From NCBI GenBank assembly GCA_946965045.2, contig OX337229.1, positions 3,596,001 through 3,660,000 of the forward strand: 64,000 bases of DNA. Reading direction: 5' to 3'. Of the stretch, positions 1-10,288 are shown one piece after another. The position numbers and the translations under genes were made by a program. Origin of the DNA: Epithemia pelagica. Taxonomy: Eukaryota > Protista > Bacillariophyta. The notes beneath the pieces were generated by a model, which had not been told where the DNA came from, did no database searches, and worked only from the letters and a program-made list of their open reading frames with translations. Each line of letters starts with the position of its first letter. The first letter of the stretch is position 1.

Positions 1-931
1 GAAGAGCATGAGAGGAGGATGCGTTGACGTCAGCCTCAAGATCTTGAAGTGAGGCAATCTGAATTGACGACTTTGACACATGGTTGACGTCATGTCGAAC
101 AGGAGCTTTTTTGCATCTTGTACGTGCCACGTCACTTTCATTCCAATTCTCATCGATTGAGCGTTTTAATTGAAACAAATCATCAAAATGATATTGGAAT
201 ACCGCACGCTTAGTATTGAGTTGTTTATGGTGTCCCTTTTTGTTTCTCTCTCAAGAACAAGATGGGCGGATATGGGAGACTGAACCATGCAGTAGACGAA
301 GAAACCAACAAAGCCGACACATTCCAAAGATCCAATGAAAAGCCAGCACCATTAGGCACGCAGACACTCAACGTACAACTTTGGAGGAGAGGGTGTGTCG
401 GTTTCTCACAAGCTTGTTTTGCATTACTGGTAGCCATGGGTAGACAATAGACAACTGGAAACACATGGATTCGTAGAAAGAAACAAGAAAGCTTGGCTCC
501 TCGAACGAAACCTCGGTTTGCCATGGTCCATGGTCCATGGTGTCCATAGTCCATAGCGTTTAGGTCATTTTTTATTTTTTGTCATGCTAGACGATCTGCC
601 GTTTCCGTAGTATTATGAAGACAAAAGAAGGATAAGGGATTGGTAGCTCTGCATACAGGGTGGCACACATCAGAAAGAAGGAGGGTGACACGGAATGTAC
701 TAAGGAAAGATGGTTTAGTCGTCGTGGGACACCAACGACGGCACAGACACACACTTGATCCCGGAATGGAACGTATGACGACAAAGTTTGTCACCCAGTC
801 ATGGCCATGGCGTTCTCAACGCTAGGAACGGGATAAGAACAAATGGTTACCGGCAGAGCGGTCGTTTTCATTATTAGCATGGCTCCTCTCCAGACATGAC
901 GGTGAAACCAGCTAAAGCAAGTTACATATCA

Positions 932-2779
932 TCACTTCCAGACCACTAGCAGTCCCTTTTTCAGAGTCTTGTCATTGCTAAATGCTGCTATCATGTTGCG
1001 ATTGGGATGGCTCACCAGGCACGTGATTTCGGCCTTGGTCGTCATGGTCGTCGCGTCGGTCTTGTTGGCCTCCTTGCTCATACTTTGCCTGCCAAAGTCG
1101 TCTATCGAACCGACAACCGTTCCCTTTCCGACATCAAAGACCGACAAGGTTCCATCCTCTCGCACAAGAAACAAATATCGATTCGACGGGCTTGTCGAAG
1201 CCGCACAGAATACGCTCTTGCTAGAAGTCGTATCCTCAAACACTTGCAGGACAACGCCCGAGGAATTGACCAAGACTGCCTTTCCAGATCGGGCCACCAG
1301 AACCATTGATTGGGACGGTGTATGGAGCGGCAACACACAAGCAATTGCGGCACGTGTATCCACCGTCGAAACGTCAGTCATGACCAACGAAACTCCCACT
1401 TTTGTTTCTGGTCCAGGTTGTTGAAGAATGACTAGGCATTCCGCCGAACTTGCATCAAAGACGCGGACTTTGCCATCGACGGATCCAGTGATGACTCTCA
1501 AGCCTGCGGAAGGGTGGATCGAATAGAAGCACGTGTTGACATAGGAATTGTGACCTGTGAATTCCTTGAGCATTTTCGACGTACGTAAACCGAATTCTCG
1601 ACATTTCGAGTCTTGACCGGCCGTCAAGATATGACTACCGTTGGGGGAGAATTGGACATTGGAAACGGCTGCCGAGTGGCACTTGAGGATACAGAGGCAA
1701 CGTCCTGTGTCGATTCGCCATATATTCACCTGGCCGGTCAAGTCGCCCGAGGCGAGCAACGCTCCGTCATTCGACACTGCCAAAGCTGTCACAGCAACGT
1801 CGTGACCCAGCAGTTCATCGTTTTTCTGGTAGGGGAGATCGTGACGCAGCTGGTTGAAATTTTGCGAGGCATCCCAAATCTCAATGAGTCCATCGGACGA
1901 ACCCGTAACCAGACCGGAGCCATCTGGCAAAAATGCGGCAGCTTCACACCAAGCTTTCTTTCCAAATTTGATGGTTGCGAAAGGCTTGGAAGGGATCGAC
2001 TCTGCTGGTTTTGACCTTGAGCTCGAGCTTTCACCTACAATTGCTGGTTCTGCACTGTAATGTGATGTCCCTAATACGAGGTCAAAGACTTTGCGCCGTT
2101 TCTTCTTTTTGGGGCGACTTGTTTCGTCTTCTCCCTCTTCTTCGGAAGGCCAAAGTTCCTTAATTTTTGGAAGATCTCCAGTAAAACTCTGATACTTGAT
2201 TGCTTGCTGGATCAACAAGGCAAGACGATTGGTTGGTTGTTCAGGTATACTGTCCAGTTTCGTTGCAATTTCTTTGCGGATATCATCGCGTGTTCTGCCA
2301 TCGTAATAATCACTGGGTAATGATGCTTTTGGATCTTTTGCTCTGGTGGCAGCAAGAGCTGCTAACTTTTGCGCCAAATGCCGGCCACGATTGATTTTCT
2401 CTTTCGAACCCGGCAATCGAATTTGACTGGCTTCCAAGTCGGTTTGTGCAAAGCGAAAGGCGGCATAGGCCACTTCGAAATCACCCGCAGCGGCAAGTTC
2501 TAAAATAGCCATCTCGTGAACCTGCGCAATCAGATGAACGTCCAATCGACATCGTTCCCGATCCAAAGTGGACAAGGTGCGCAAGACCAATCCCCATTTG
2601 CCCTGTGTCGCCCACGTGGGAAGTAACCGATGGGGTACTCCGGCCGCTCCAATGCCAGATTCTTCTCGCAATACGCGATTTGACTCATGAAGACTTGAAG
2701 AAGTGAGATAACCTTGTATCAGACGAATAACATCCGAGGCTCCAATTTCCATGAATTGCGATGACGGCTCCTCCGCCAT
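932..2779 (-). CDS. SMU1: WD40 repeat splicing factor SMU1
   Basis: N-terminus MEIGASDVIRLIQGYL...ESNRVLREESG matches the SMU1 LisH/CTLH start; it is followed by LLIQQAIKYQ, a KFGKK motif and WD40 repeats (GSSDGLIEIWD, LLASGD). ATG at 2779 is preferred over the longer ORF-track start at 3055, which overlaps the neighbouring gene. Confidence 0.9.
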   Translation of the reverse strand: MAEEPSSQFMEIGASDVIRLIQGYLTSSSLHESNRVLREESGIGAAGVPHRLLPTWATQGKWGLVLRTLSTLDRERCRLDVHLIAQVHEMAILELAAAGDFEVAYAAFRFAQTDLEASQIRLPGSKEKINRGRHLAQKLAALAATRAKDPKASLPSDYYDGRTRDDIRKEIATKLDSIPEQPTNRLALLIQQAIKYQSFTGDLPKIKELWPSEEEGEDETSRPKKKKRRKVFDLVLGTSHYSAEPAIVGESSSSRSKPAESIPSKPFATIKFGKKAWCEAAAFLPDGSGLVTGSSDGLIEIWDASQNFNQLRHDLPYQKNDELLGHDVAVTALAVSNDGALLASGDLTGQVNIWRIDTGRCLCILKCHSAAVSNVQFSPNGSHILTAGQDSKCREFGLRTSKMLKEFTGHNSYVNTCFYSIHPSAGLRVITGSVDGKVRVFDASSAECLVILQQPGPETKVGVSLVMTDVSTVDTRAAIACVLPLHTPSQSMVLVARSGKAVLVNSSGVVLQVFEDTTSSKSVFCAASTSPSNRYLFLVREDGTLSVFDVGKGTVVGSIDDFGRQSMSKEANKTDATTMTTKAEITCLVSHPNRNMIAAFSNDKTLKKGLLVVWK

Positions 2780-2938
2780 GGTATCTTTGCTGTTTGGAAA
2801 AGATGCAGAACACGCGCTCGCGCTCGCATGGCCTGTGGTCGCTGATAGATAATACGTACACGCCCAAAGAAAAATCTTTCTCACCAAACCATGGCGATGG
2901 CGCGACGGTGCACCTTTCTTCTTTCTTGATTCTTTACG

Positions 2939-3691
2939 ATGATGAACTACCATGAAATGACATTGGAGGAACAAAGGGATTCTCCCCAAAGACGTAAACA
3001 GTTCCTCATAATATGCACAGTTGTTGTGACTGGACTGATCCATACAATTCTTCAATCTGGTAGCTTGGCGCCGATTTCGATCGAAGAAACAATTATCGAA
3101 GGAGGAACCTTTGTCTACAAGGAAACCAAACGAGATTATGCCGCCAGTGGATCCCTTGAAGAATTTATTGGAAAACGTGAACTTGGACTCAAGACACGTG
3201 ACTTTGTCGATAAATTGTATACCATCTACATGGATGATCCTCGATCATTAGGAGGACGACAACAACGATTTGCGTCCGGGTTTCTCATTCGAGACTCGGA
3301 TGATCAGGACAAGAAAGAGTTTCTAAAATCTAAAAACGATGAAATGTTTCCACCTTCTCCCGAGGAGTTGGATTCCCTTCGCGTCCTTCAACTTTGGCCT
3401 AAACTTGAATACAAGACAGCCTTGTTGCCCACTTCCAGAGCCGCCACTGTCCAATTTACGTACACGGGAGGTTTTGTTTCCGCAATTCTATTGAGTATGA
3501 GGATCATCCCTGCACTTCGAAAATATGCAACGGATCACTCTCCAAACGATGGCCAAGAATGTATTCCCATCACGGTCATTTCCACCTGCAGCAGTATGGA
3601 CCAAGTATGCACACATTACGCCCCCCTATCCAATGGACAAGACTTCTTGCTTGGACACCCTGATTTCGATACCTATCGAACGCAATTGTGA
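2939..3691 (+). CDS. Single-TM protein with GyrI-like domain (TEX264-like)
   Basis: 250-aa ORF with an N-terminal hydrophobic helix (FLIICTVVVTGLIHTIL), then SGSLAPISIEE..FVYKETKRDY and LYTIYMDDP..QRFASGFL, resembling the TEX264/GyrI-like pattern. Divergent from SMU1 across about 160 bp. Confidence 0.5.
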   Translation: MMNYHEMTLEEQRDSPQRRKQFLIICTVVVTGLIHTILQSGSLAPISIEETIIEGGTFVYKETKRDYAASGSLEEFIGKRELGLKTRDFVDKLYTIYMDDPRSLGGRQQRFASGFLIRDSDDQDKKEFLKSKNDEMFPPSPEELDSLRVLQLWPKLEYKTALLPTSRAATVQFTYTGGFVSAILLSMRIIPALRKYATDHSPNDGQECIPITVISTCSSMDQVCTHYAPLSNGQDFLLGHPDFDTYRTQL

Positions 3692-3708
3692 TCATTGGAC
3701 GTCAAGTA

Positions 3709-6700
3709 TCATTCAGAACCTTCCATGCTTTCGTCCTCTTCGTCATCGTCCTCATCTTCCTCAAGATCAAGAACTTCAATAATGTGCGATCTTGCTGGCG
3801 ACACCTCGGATGAGAGAACTGCAGCAATGCCTCTGGAGCCTGATAGTACCAACCGGGCTGAACTAGCTTCTGCCATGGAACTGAACTTTCGCAATTCTCT
3901 AGTTTTGCACCTTATAAAACCCACATTCTCTTCTTCTTCTTCTTCTTCTTCTTCGTCATCCTCATCATCTCCCTTCTCCAAGCATATCAACTGGTTGCAG
4001 AACATTGAAGTGGTTGTTTCAAACGAAACTGTGTCAAAGTCTCGTCCCTTCTTTCGGGAAAGCCTTCCTTTAGTCCAACGAGCTTGATCGTAATCAATCA
4101 ACCACAGTTCCAATGCGTAACCTTGATCTGTTTCCTTGCCCACCAAGGCTGTCAAGGCCTGTCTTCTTTCTGTGCAGGCGGTATTCTCCGTAAATAATCC
4201 GCTTTTCCCGTTGTCTCCATAGAAAGCAAGTTCGTGTACTTTATATCCTTGAGGAAATTGAAGATTGGCCCCCAAGAAAAACTCGAAATTCGTGTTCAAA
4301 TTGCGATTCTCGTCATCCCAACGATGCTCTAATGATACTGTGTACCAGGGTAAGGGAACAGCTCGGATTTCAATGACGCAACAACTTTCATCTTGTTCCA
4401 TGCCGCTCCCACGTGATTGCGAAGAGAGTGCCCACTGTCGACATGCGCGCCCCGAATCTTCACTTGAAGCATCATTGCAAATAATGTGAGGATCAAAGAA
4501 GCCTGTTGGTGGGCCCTCCCCAAAAGACCAACCGTCAACGGAAAGTCCTCCGGCACCTAGACGAGTGGTTATTGCGGTCGCATCATCATGGTCATTGGTT
4601 GCCAGTTCGAAATCGAAGCGGCGGAAACAGGGTTTCATTGACTTCAGCGGTAATTCAAACAAATGGTGCGCGGCTTCAGCGGCACTTTGATAGGACTGAG
4701 GGATGGACGACAAGGCTGCAGTTCTGCTAGTATCTCCCATCAGGACACTATGCGGAGAGGACGGACGTGGTCGATCAACTGCATTCCAGTGATGACTTAC
4801 GTCAATTCCCAACAACATCTCAGAGGAAGAAATTCCGTTGACAACACTTAGCTCCTCTGTTTCTGGAGCGAGTCGTCCCATGTCTGTACCAGCTTCATCT
4901 TGTTGAAGGTAGCGAAGGATGCGTCGAGTTGTCGCATCGGGAACCCGCCGCTTTTTGGCATTTTCTTTCTGCACCGAGTTGGCCGCAGTGCCTCTTGCTT
5001 TGATTTGGGACCCTGTGGCTCGAAGCCAGGCAATCCAATCCCGAAAGCGAAAACGACCATCGACCAAAGATGTCAAAGATGATTCCATAACGATCAATAG
5101 TTTTTGGCAACTCTCTTGAAGATCTCCAGCTGCTTTTGCTGGGATCAACCCATTTGAAGAGCGAGCTAATCCATGCAGCTGGTCTGACTCAATTGTCAGC
5201 GCCCGGACAGCAGCAATGGTTTTTCGCAAGAGAGATTCGACATTGGCAATGGCAACGGTTTGGGAACGTTCCATTCGCTCAATAAGTTTACTTCGGACAA
5301 AGACAAAGAAACCACAATTAGAGATCCTGAAACGCACATCCAGGATCAATCATGTCGTACTTACTCGTTCATTTGAACACCAGTAAAAAACTGGTCCATC
5401 GCATTGCTCAAGTCTGCCGAACTAGAAGTATGACCTGACAAAATGTAGCGAACCAAATGTCGGCGAATTTGGGAGATGGTTGATGATGTCCCCGGAACTG
5501 GCTCACCGTTCTCGTTAGTTGGCTCGGACAATATCCCATAATTTCGGAGGAGACGAGAAAGAGATTCCAATTTCGTATCCAACGGCTTCAAGCTCGACTT
5601 CCATGATTCAAGAACATCTGTGAGTAGACTTGGCAAAGCTTGCAAATGGCCCATCATGGAGGAGTACAAAGCGGTCAACGTTTGCATGGTATACCGTTGC
5701 TCCGCCATAGTGGGGACTGAGAAAAGGGAGTAGCAACAAGAGGTGTCACAAGTTTTCTCTTCCAAATTTGATGTCATATCGGAAAATGTCGGCACTGAAC
5801 GTTGCGCTAAGACGAGTACATGGCAGAGATCATTAGAGCAGGCCATTTGAACACGAGAAACGGGTCCTCGGGATGGCGTTTTGAAATGTAGGCCTGACGC
5901 AATGTGATATCGACCATTTAAATAGCATTCCATAGTACCATCTGACAACGCCACAACCAGCAAGCTGAGCGGTGTTTTACCTGTGGGGGCAATGAACGTG
6001 GATGGAGCATGGAAGTGAGAGGTGTTGCTGCTACCAAAGACTCCACGAACATATTCTGGGTAGTAGTCACTAGCTGGAAGAAGCATGGAAGAACGATCCG
6101 TGTACCGCTGTCGCACTTTGGCAAATAAATGTGACACATTTTGCATTTCTTCGCCGTCATCGTCTTCTGCTTCGATCTCTTGTACATCTTGACGGTGAAG
6201 TAGAGGATGCCATTCCCCAATATGACTCCAATGCAAGCCGCAAACTGACGTGTTCCTGGAACATATTTGGATTCTAACAGCGTTACCAGATAACACTGTT
6301 TTATAGCAGTACTGACTCGCTTTCAGTTTTGAAGATTGAAAAGAAGATACCGAAGACGACAAAGAAGGAAATACAGTGGAGGTCGAAATATTCGCTTCCT
6401 TGACAAGCGCTTCGACGTGAAAAAGACTCAACCGTCCCTTTGAATCCGTTACGGCCAACCATCGCCCATCCGGCCTCCAGACTGAGGCAATGTTGCAGGA
6501 TGAAGTAGTTGTCGAAGAGCCAGTCTCATCTTCAACATTCTCCATCACGTCTTCTTCGTCGTCAATGTCATTGGTGATGGTTGCAAGTTTCTGAAAGGAA
6601 AGTGATCGATGGAGCCAAAGCGGGGGGATCGAGTATCCCATGGTACTCGATTTTTCATCCGGACGATGCTGTTGTAAACTTAATGCGAGCAAATCCATAC

Positions 6701-6803
6701 TGGGACACAAAGCCAGAGTGAATGGATCGATTGGAACGCCAAAACGGCGAGATTGCACCAAACTAAAGCATTGACGACGGACACCCTGTGTTTCGCTTTG
6801 CAT
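3709..6803 (-). CDS. ANAPC4: Anaphase-promoting complex subunit 4 (2 exons; intron 5291-5364)
   Basis: LALCPSMDLLAL, WRPDGRWLAV and LLVVALSDG are the APC4 WD40 pattern. A GTAAGT...GAAG intron of 74 bp joins the 480-aa and 546-aa ORFs in frame (MND/KLIERMERS). Confidence 0.85.
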
Positions 6804-7112
6804 CTTTCAATAATTAAAGACGAGGTGCTTGTTGTCAAGATGATGTGATTCGTTTATGGTTTATGGGGATCTTCGATCTTCTCAGTCCTCAGTGATAAGG
6901 TACATGGAGATGGAGCGAACAATGCGATTAGATTTTACATGGCGTTCTAGCTGGAGCATCAGTCGGTCTTTCGAAAGAAGTTCGGTTCATGACCAAAACG
7001 CGACAGACACGCATCATTTTTCATGTTCCGCCAAACGCCTTTCTCATCATTTTCACATTCCACCACGTACTCTCACAATCCAAATCCAACACGGACAACT
7101 TGACGACGAAAC

Positions 7113-7738
7113 ATGAAGCATCAACGTACTGTTCTATTCCTGGCTCTTTTCCTCGTGACTTCTGTTGCAGCTTTCAATGCAAACCCAACCTTCCAAACGA
7201 GGAAGGAAGTTACCTCGTCCGTATTTGCAGGAAATGATGATTATTTTCTTTCCCCCGAAGCCAGTTCTATGGAACCCTTGTTGACACAGCCTACTCCCTT
7301 GCAACGGCTGACACAAGGTATGGTCCCCACCGTTATGACCATTTCTGCTGCCGTACTTGGTTCGGTCCTTCCGGCATTTGCGGAAGGAGACAGTGAAGTG
7401 GTGTTGGCCGAGTTGCCGCCTCCATATGTTCCAGCCTTGTTTGGTGTTGGATTACTCGCTGGTGTCGGATTACTAACAAGCAGCCTTGGGAATGTAATGG
7501 ATGAAGGTACGTACTCGACTACTTTTTTTGTTCCGCATCGGGGTAACGGAGCAATAGTTTGGTTTTTTTATGGTTTGGTGATACTTGTCTGGTTTCGAGT
7601 CTCACACAGTGTGTTTTCCTTTGTGTTTTTGTGGACTATGTCGTGTTTGTCGTTATAGAGGCCAGTCTGGGATTGCAGTCTGGGGCGCAGGCAAAGAAAG
7701 AAATCGAGCGCAGTCGATCTTCATATTTCAAGAAATAA
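7113..7738 (+). CDS. Small plastid-targeted single-TM (thylakoid) protein (2 exons; intron 7507-7658)
   Basis: Signal peptide ending VAA-F (ASAFAP-like), a transit peptide, a hydrophobic stretch ending PAFA (lumenal peptidase-like site) and one TM helix. Splicing GTACGT...TATAG gives DEEASLGLQSGAQAKKEIERSRSSYFKK-stop. Confidence 0.75.
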
Positions 7739-7770
7739 TTAGCTATATTCAGAGTTACAAGTTTGGCATC

Positions 7771-9108
7771 CTATGAAGATACCTCTGGGCCCTTTGTCCC
7801 CAAGCGGCTAGGATTTGAGCTTGGATAGTAGGGTTGGTGTGCTTTGGGTTTGGAACTCAGGGCACCCACTCTTCGTGCTGGTCCACCACCTGCCCCCGAT
7901 GCAGCATCTCCCTTCTTGCTCCCCGCCGATGTTGCGTTTGCAACAATCGCTGCAGGTGGTTTGAATTTAAATTTGGGCAACGGCTTCTTTCCTCCTCCAC
8001 CACGAGTTCCCGATCCCGGTGCGGCAAGCGGACGAATAGGAGTAGAACTGGCCATTGAACCGGACGGTTGAGACGAGGTTTCAGCGCGAGGATTGCTACC
8101 CCCCACAAAGGACTCTCCACGTTTCGGGGCTCTCGCCCAAGCCACAAACAGAGTACGACCTTTCAATTGTTGTTGTTTATTTGTGCTCATTGTAGAGACT
8201 GCTAATTCTGTAGATTCGGGAGTGGTATATTCCACAAACGCCTGACCCTTGTCTGCTTGTACTCGTAGGGACACGATTTCACCAAAAGCGTAAAACAGAT
8301 CGCGGACGTCCATTTCATCGAATTCTGGGTATGGCTCATCTCCCCGAAGTCGTAAGTATAGCGTAGCTCTGGCCTTTTCATAGCCTTCTTCTCCGTTCTC
8401 TTGTTGCTTTTGTTGATTCTCCTCAAAGCGTTGTCGTCGACCTAGAATTTTGTTAGCGACGGGGTCACTGGTACCAAAAAAGCGATTCTTTGTAGTCTGC
8501 TTGCACATGGGGCCATTCCGATCACGCGGCAGTTCATGACGGAACGGACAATTGGCACCCCGGTTGCATTCGCCTTGCGCAAAGAAGGAGCAAAGTTTTG
8601 GTAAATTGCGTTCATAGCGTGGTTCCATGCGTGCCATTTCCGATAGCTTGGCATGCGCAGCTATACTGGCCTGATCACCTACTGATCCTGCAACCAAATT
8701 TTGCCCCTGATCGAGAGCTCTTTCCTGTTGTGCACTGAACCAAGCTCGATTGGCTCGACTTTGTGGAACGGCGAGCGCGGAAGAACTCGTCGCTGTCGCT
8801 CCAGCCTCCCTTAGAACCTTGTCTCGAACCTTTACGGGAAGTCCATACTGCAAATCATATATACAGACTTGACAAACATTTTTTGCTTGTGCGCATGATC
8901 GACATATTTCGACGCGCTTGATACGGCCTTTGGTTCCAGCCTGCCAGGCAAACACGGTGAACGGTGTTTCGCATATTTGACACTTTTTGCCATGTGGTTC
9001 TTTGGTCATGCGGACGTAGGGATTGTCACCCAAGCATGTTTCACAAACCAGAGGGAACTCCGTTTCTTCCCACTGTTGTTTGACTGCATCTCGTTTGATC
9101 GATGCCAT
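7771..9108 (-). CDS. RBM22: Pre-mRNA splicing factor RBM22/Cwc2/Slt11
   Basis: WEETEFPLVCETCLGDNPYVRM...AKNVCQVCIYDLQYGLP zinc-binding N-terminus, a CCCH finger (CSFFAQGECNRGANCPFRH) and an RRM (AFVEY). Confidence 0.95.
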   Translation of the reverse strand: MASIKRDAVKQQWEETEFPLVCETCLGDNPYVRMTKEPHGKKCQICETPFTVFAWQAGTKGRIKRVEICRSCAQAKNVCQVCIYDLQYGLPVKVRDKVLREAGATATSSSALAVPQSRANRAWFSAQQERALDQGQNLVAGSVGDQASIAAHAKLSEMARMEPRYERNLPKLCSFFAQGECNRGANCPFRHELPRDRNGPMCKQTTKNRFFGTSDPVANKILGRRQRFEENQQKQQENGEEGYEKARATLYLRLRGDEPYPEFDEMDVRDLFYAFGEIVSLRVQADKGQAFVEYTTPESTELAVSTMSTNKQQQLKGRTLFVAWARAPKRGESFVGGSNPRAETSSQPSGSMASSTPIRPLAAPGSGTRGGGGKKPLPKFKFKPPAAIVANATSAGSKKGDAASGAGGGPARRVGALSSKPKAHQPYYPSSNPSRLGTKGPEVSS

Positions 9109-9308
9109 TCTTAATTGTTTCTACATTCACCCACCTCCCCGAACGATTGAGTTGTGCTGTTGAGTGCAGAAACTGCCCCCAAAGGCCCAGTCGTGTGGCC
9201 ACCCCAACAAAAGAGTACAATACCTCTGCCCCCTGCCATCTTTCCCGCATGACTCAGCTATCTCTACTATAATATCTAGGGTAGGCTTCTTCCTCGAGCT
9301 AGCGGGAG

Positions 9309-9325
9309 TACTCCTAGTAGGAGTA
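9309..9325. promoter_or_regulatory. TACTCCTA-g-TAGGAGTA palindrome, about 200 bp upstream of RBM22
   Basis: Perfect 8-bp inverted pair of a motif that recurs at five other intergenic sites. Confidence 0.45.
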
Positions 9326-9571
9326 GTACTCCGTCCTAGGAGGAGCGGACATGTCTTTCTTCCTGTGGATTCGGTGCAATGAATCGAAGGTGAGGGTTAT
9401 ATGTTATAGCCCTAATCGAAGAAATCGGGTCTACGGGTCTAAGCGTGCCGGGCAAAGTAGGTATAGGGCCCACATAGGCGTTTGCTTCAACACAGGAAAA
9501 GGAGACAAATCATTGCACATTACACCGTGAGATTCAAAAGAGACTCTCTCTTTCCCAACCAAAGGCATGAG

Positions 9572-9933
9572 CTATCTTCGCTTTGTTTGTGCGCTGATGA
9601 ACAAGACTGTAATTATGTATGATAATCCCATAAATAGATAAAGAACGATTCAAAATGAGTCCAGCGTTTCACAAATAGCAAAAAATCTAGGGACAGATAC
9701 GGACCATTGTTCCCGCGGATAAAACAATCTCCATATTTTGCTCGTAGCTGTCCATCAATGTACTCCTCGGTTTGTTCCATAGCAATGTTCATAAATCCAT
9801 CTAAACATGCCAGTACACCTCGGTACTCAATCCCCGAATTCAATTTGACACGCACGGGACGACCCAGTACTGATTTAAGAAAGTCGCTGGGACTGCGAGT
9901 CGAGGAATTCGTCCCCGTTGTTGACGGCTCGGC
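9572..9933 (-). CDS. LSM6: U6 snRNA-associated Sm-like protein LSm6 (intron 9607-9704; 5' end uncertain, possible micro-exon near 10026-10031)
   Basis: SPSDFLKSVLGRPVRVKLNSGIEYRGVLACLDGFMNIAMEQTEEY...YGDCFIRGNN; splicing restores the terminal VLFISAQTKRR-stop. Confidence 0.9.
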
Positions 9934-10288
9934 CTGGGAAACAGAGATGAACGTCAATGTTAGGAATGCTAATGGCAGTCAGCTTCTCTGGACAGATTGC
10001 ATTTCTCTCTCCTAGGAAATATTACGTACATTGGTTTCTTCTTTCTTAGAAGCATTGTTTGGTGCTGTAGGAAGAACTTCCGGTGGGTTTCGTGTCACTT
10101 CCGCCATGGTGGTGGGAACCTAAAAATGAAGGCAAGAGCCATTCAAATCCTTCTTTCGCGACCCAAAAGCGATGAGACATTGGAATTTCCTGGAAATTTC
10201 TCCTCCAATAAGTCGAGTTTTCGCTATTTTCTACGCGTTGATCCGTCTCATCAACTTCATCCAATAATTAACCGTTCACTGGTTGGAT

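Noticed and set aside
1-900. Possible gene(s) at the window start and the (G)TCCATG/A 7-mer repeat at about 521-556
   Set aside because: Only short ORFs without recognisable motifs; any gene is truncated by the window edge; the repeat is too short to interpret.
3929-3970. TCT/TCA trinucleotide run
   Set aside because: It is the poly-Glu/Asp tract of APC4 on the minus strand; ordinary coding low complexity.
7507-7658. Hydrophobic C-terminus of the 181-aa ORF 7113..7658
   Set aside because: It is translation of a T-rich intron with clear GT/AG ends; the spliced product gives a better protein end.
932-9933. Three spliceosomal genes (SMU1, RBM22, LSm6) within 9 kb as a functional cluster
   Set aside because: Interspersed with unrelated genes, no shared orientation; spliceosomal genes are numerous, so chance is sufficient without synteny evidence.
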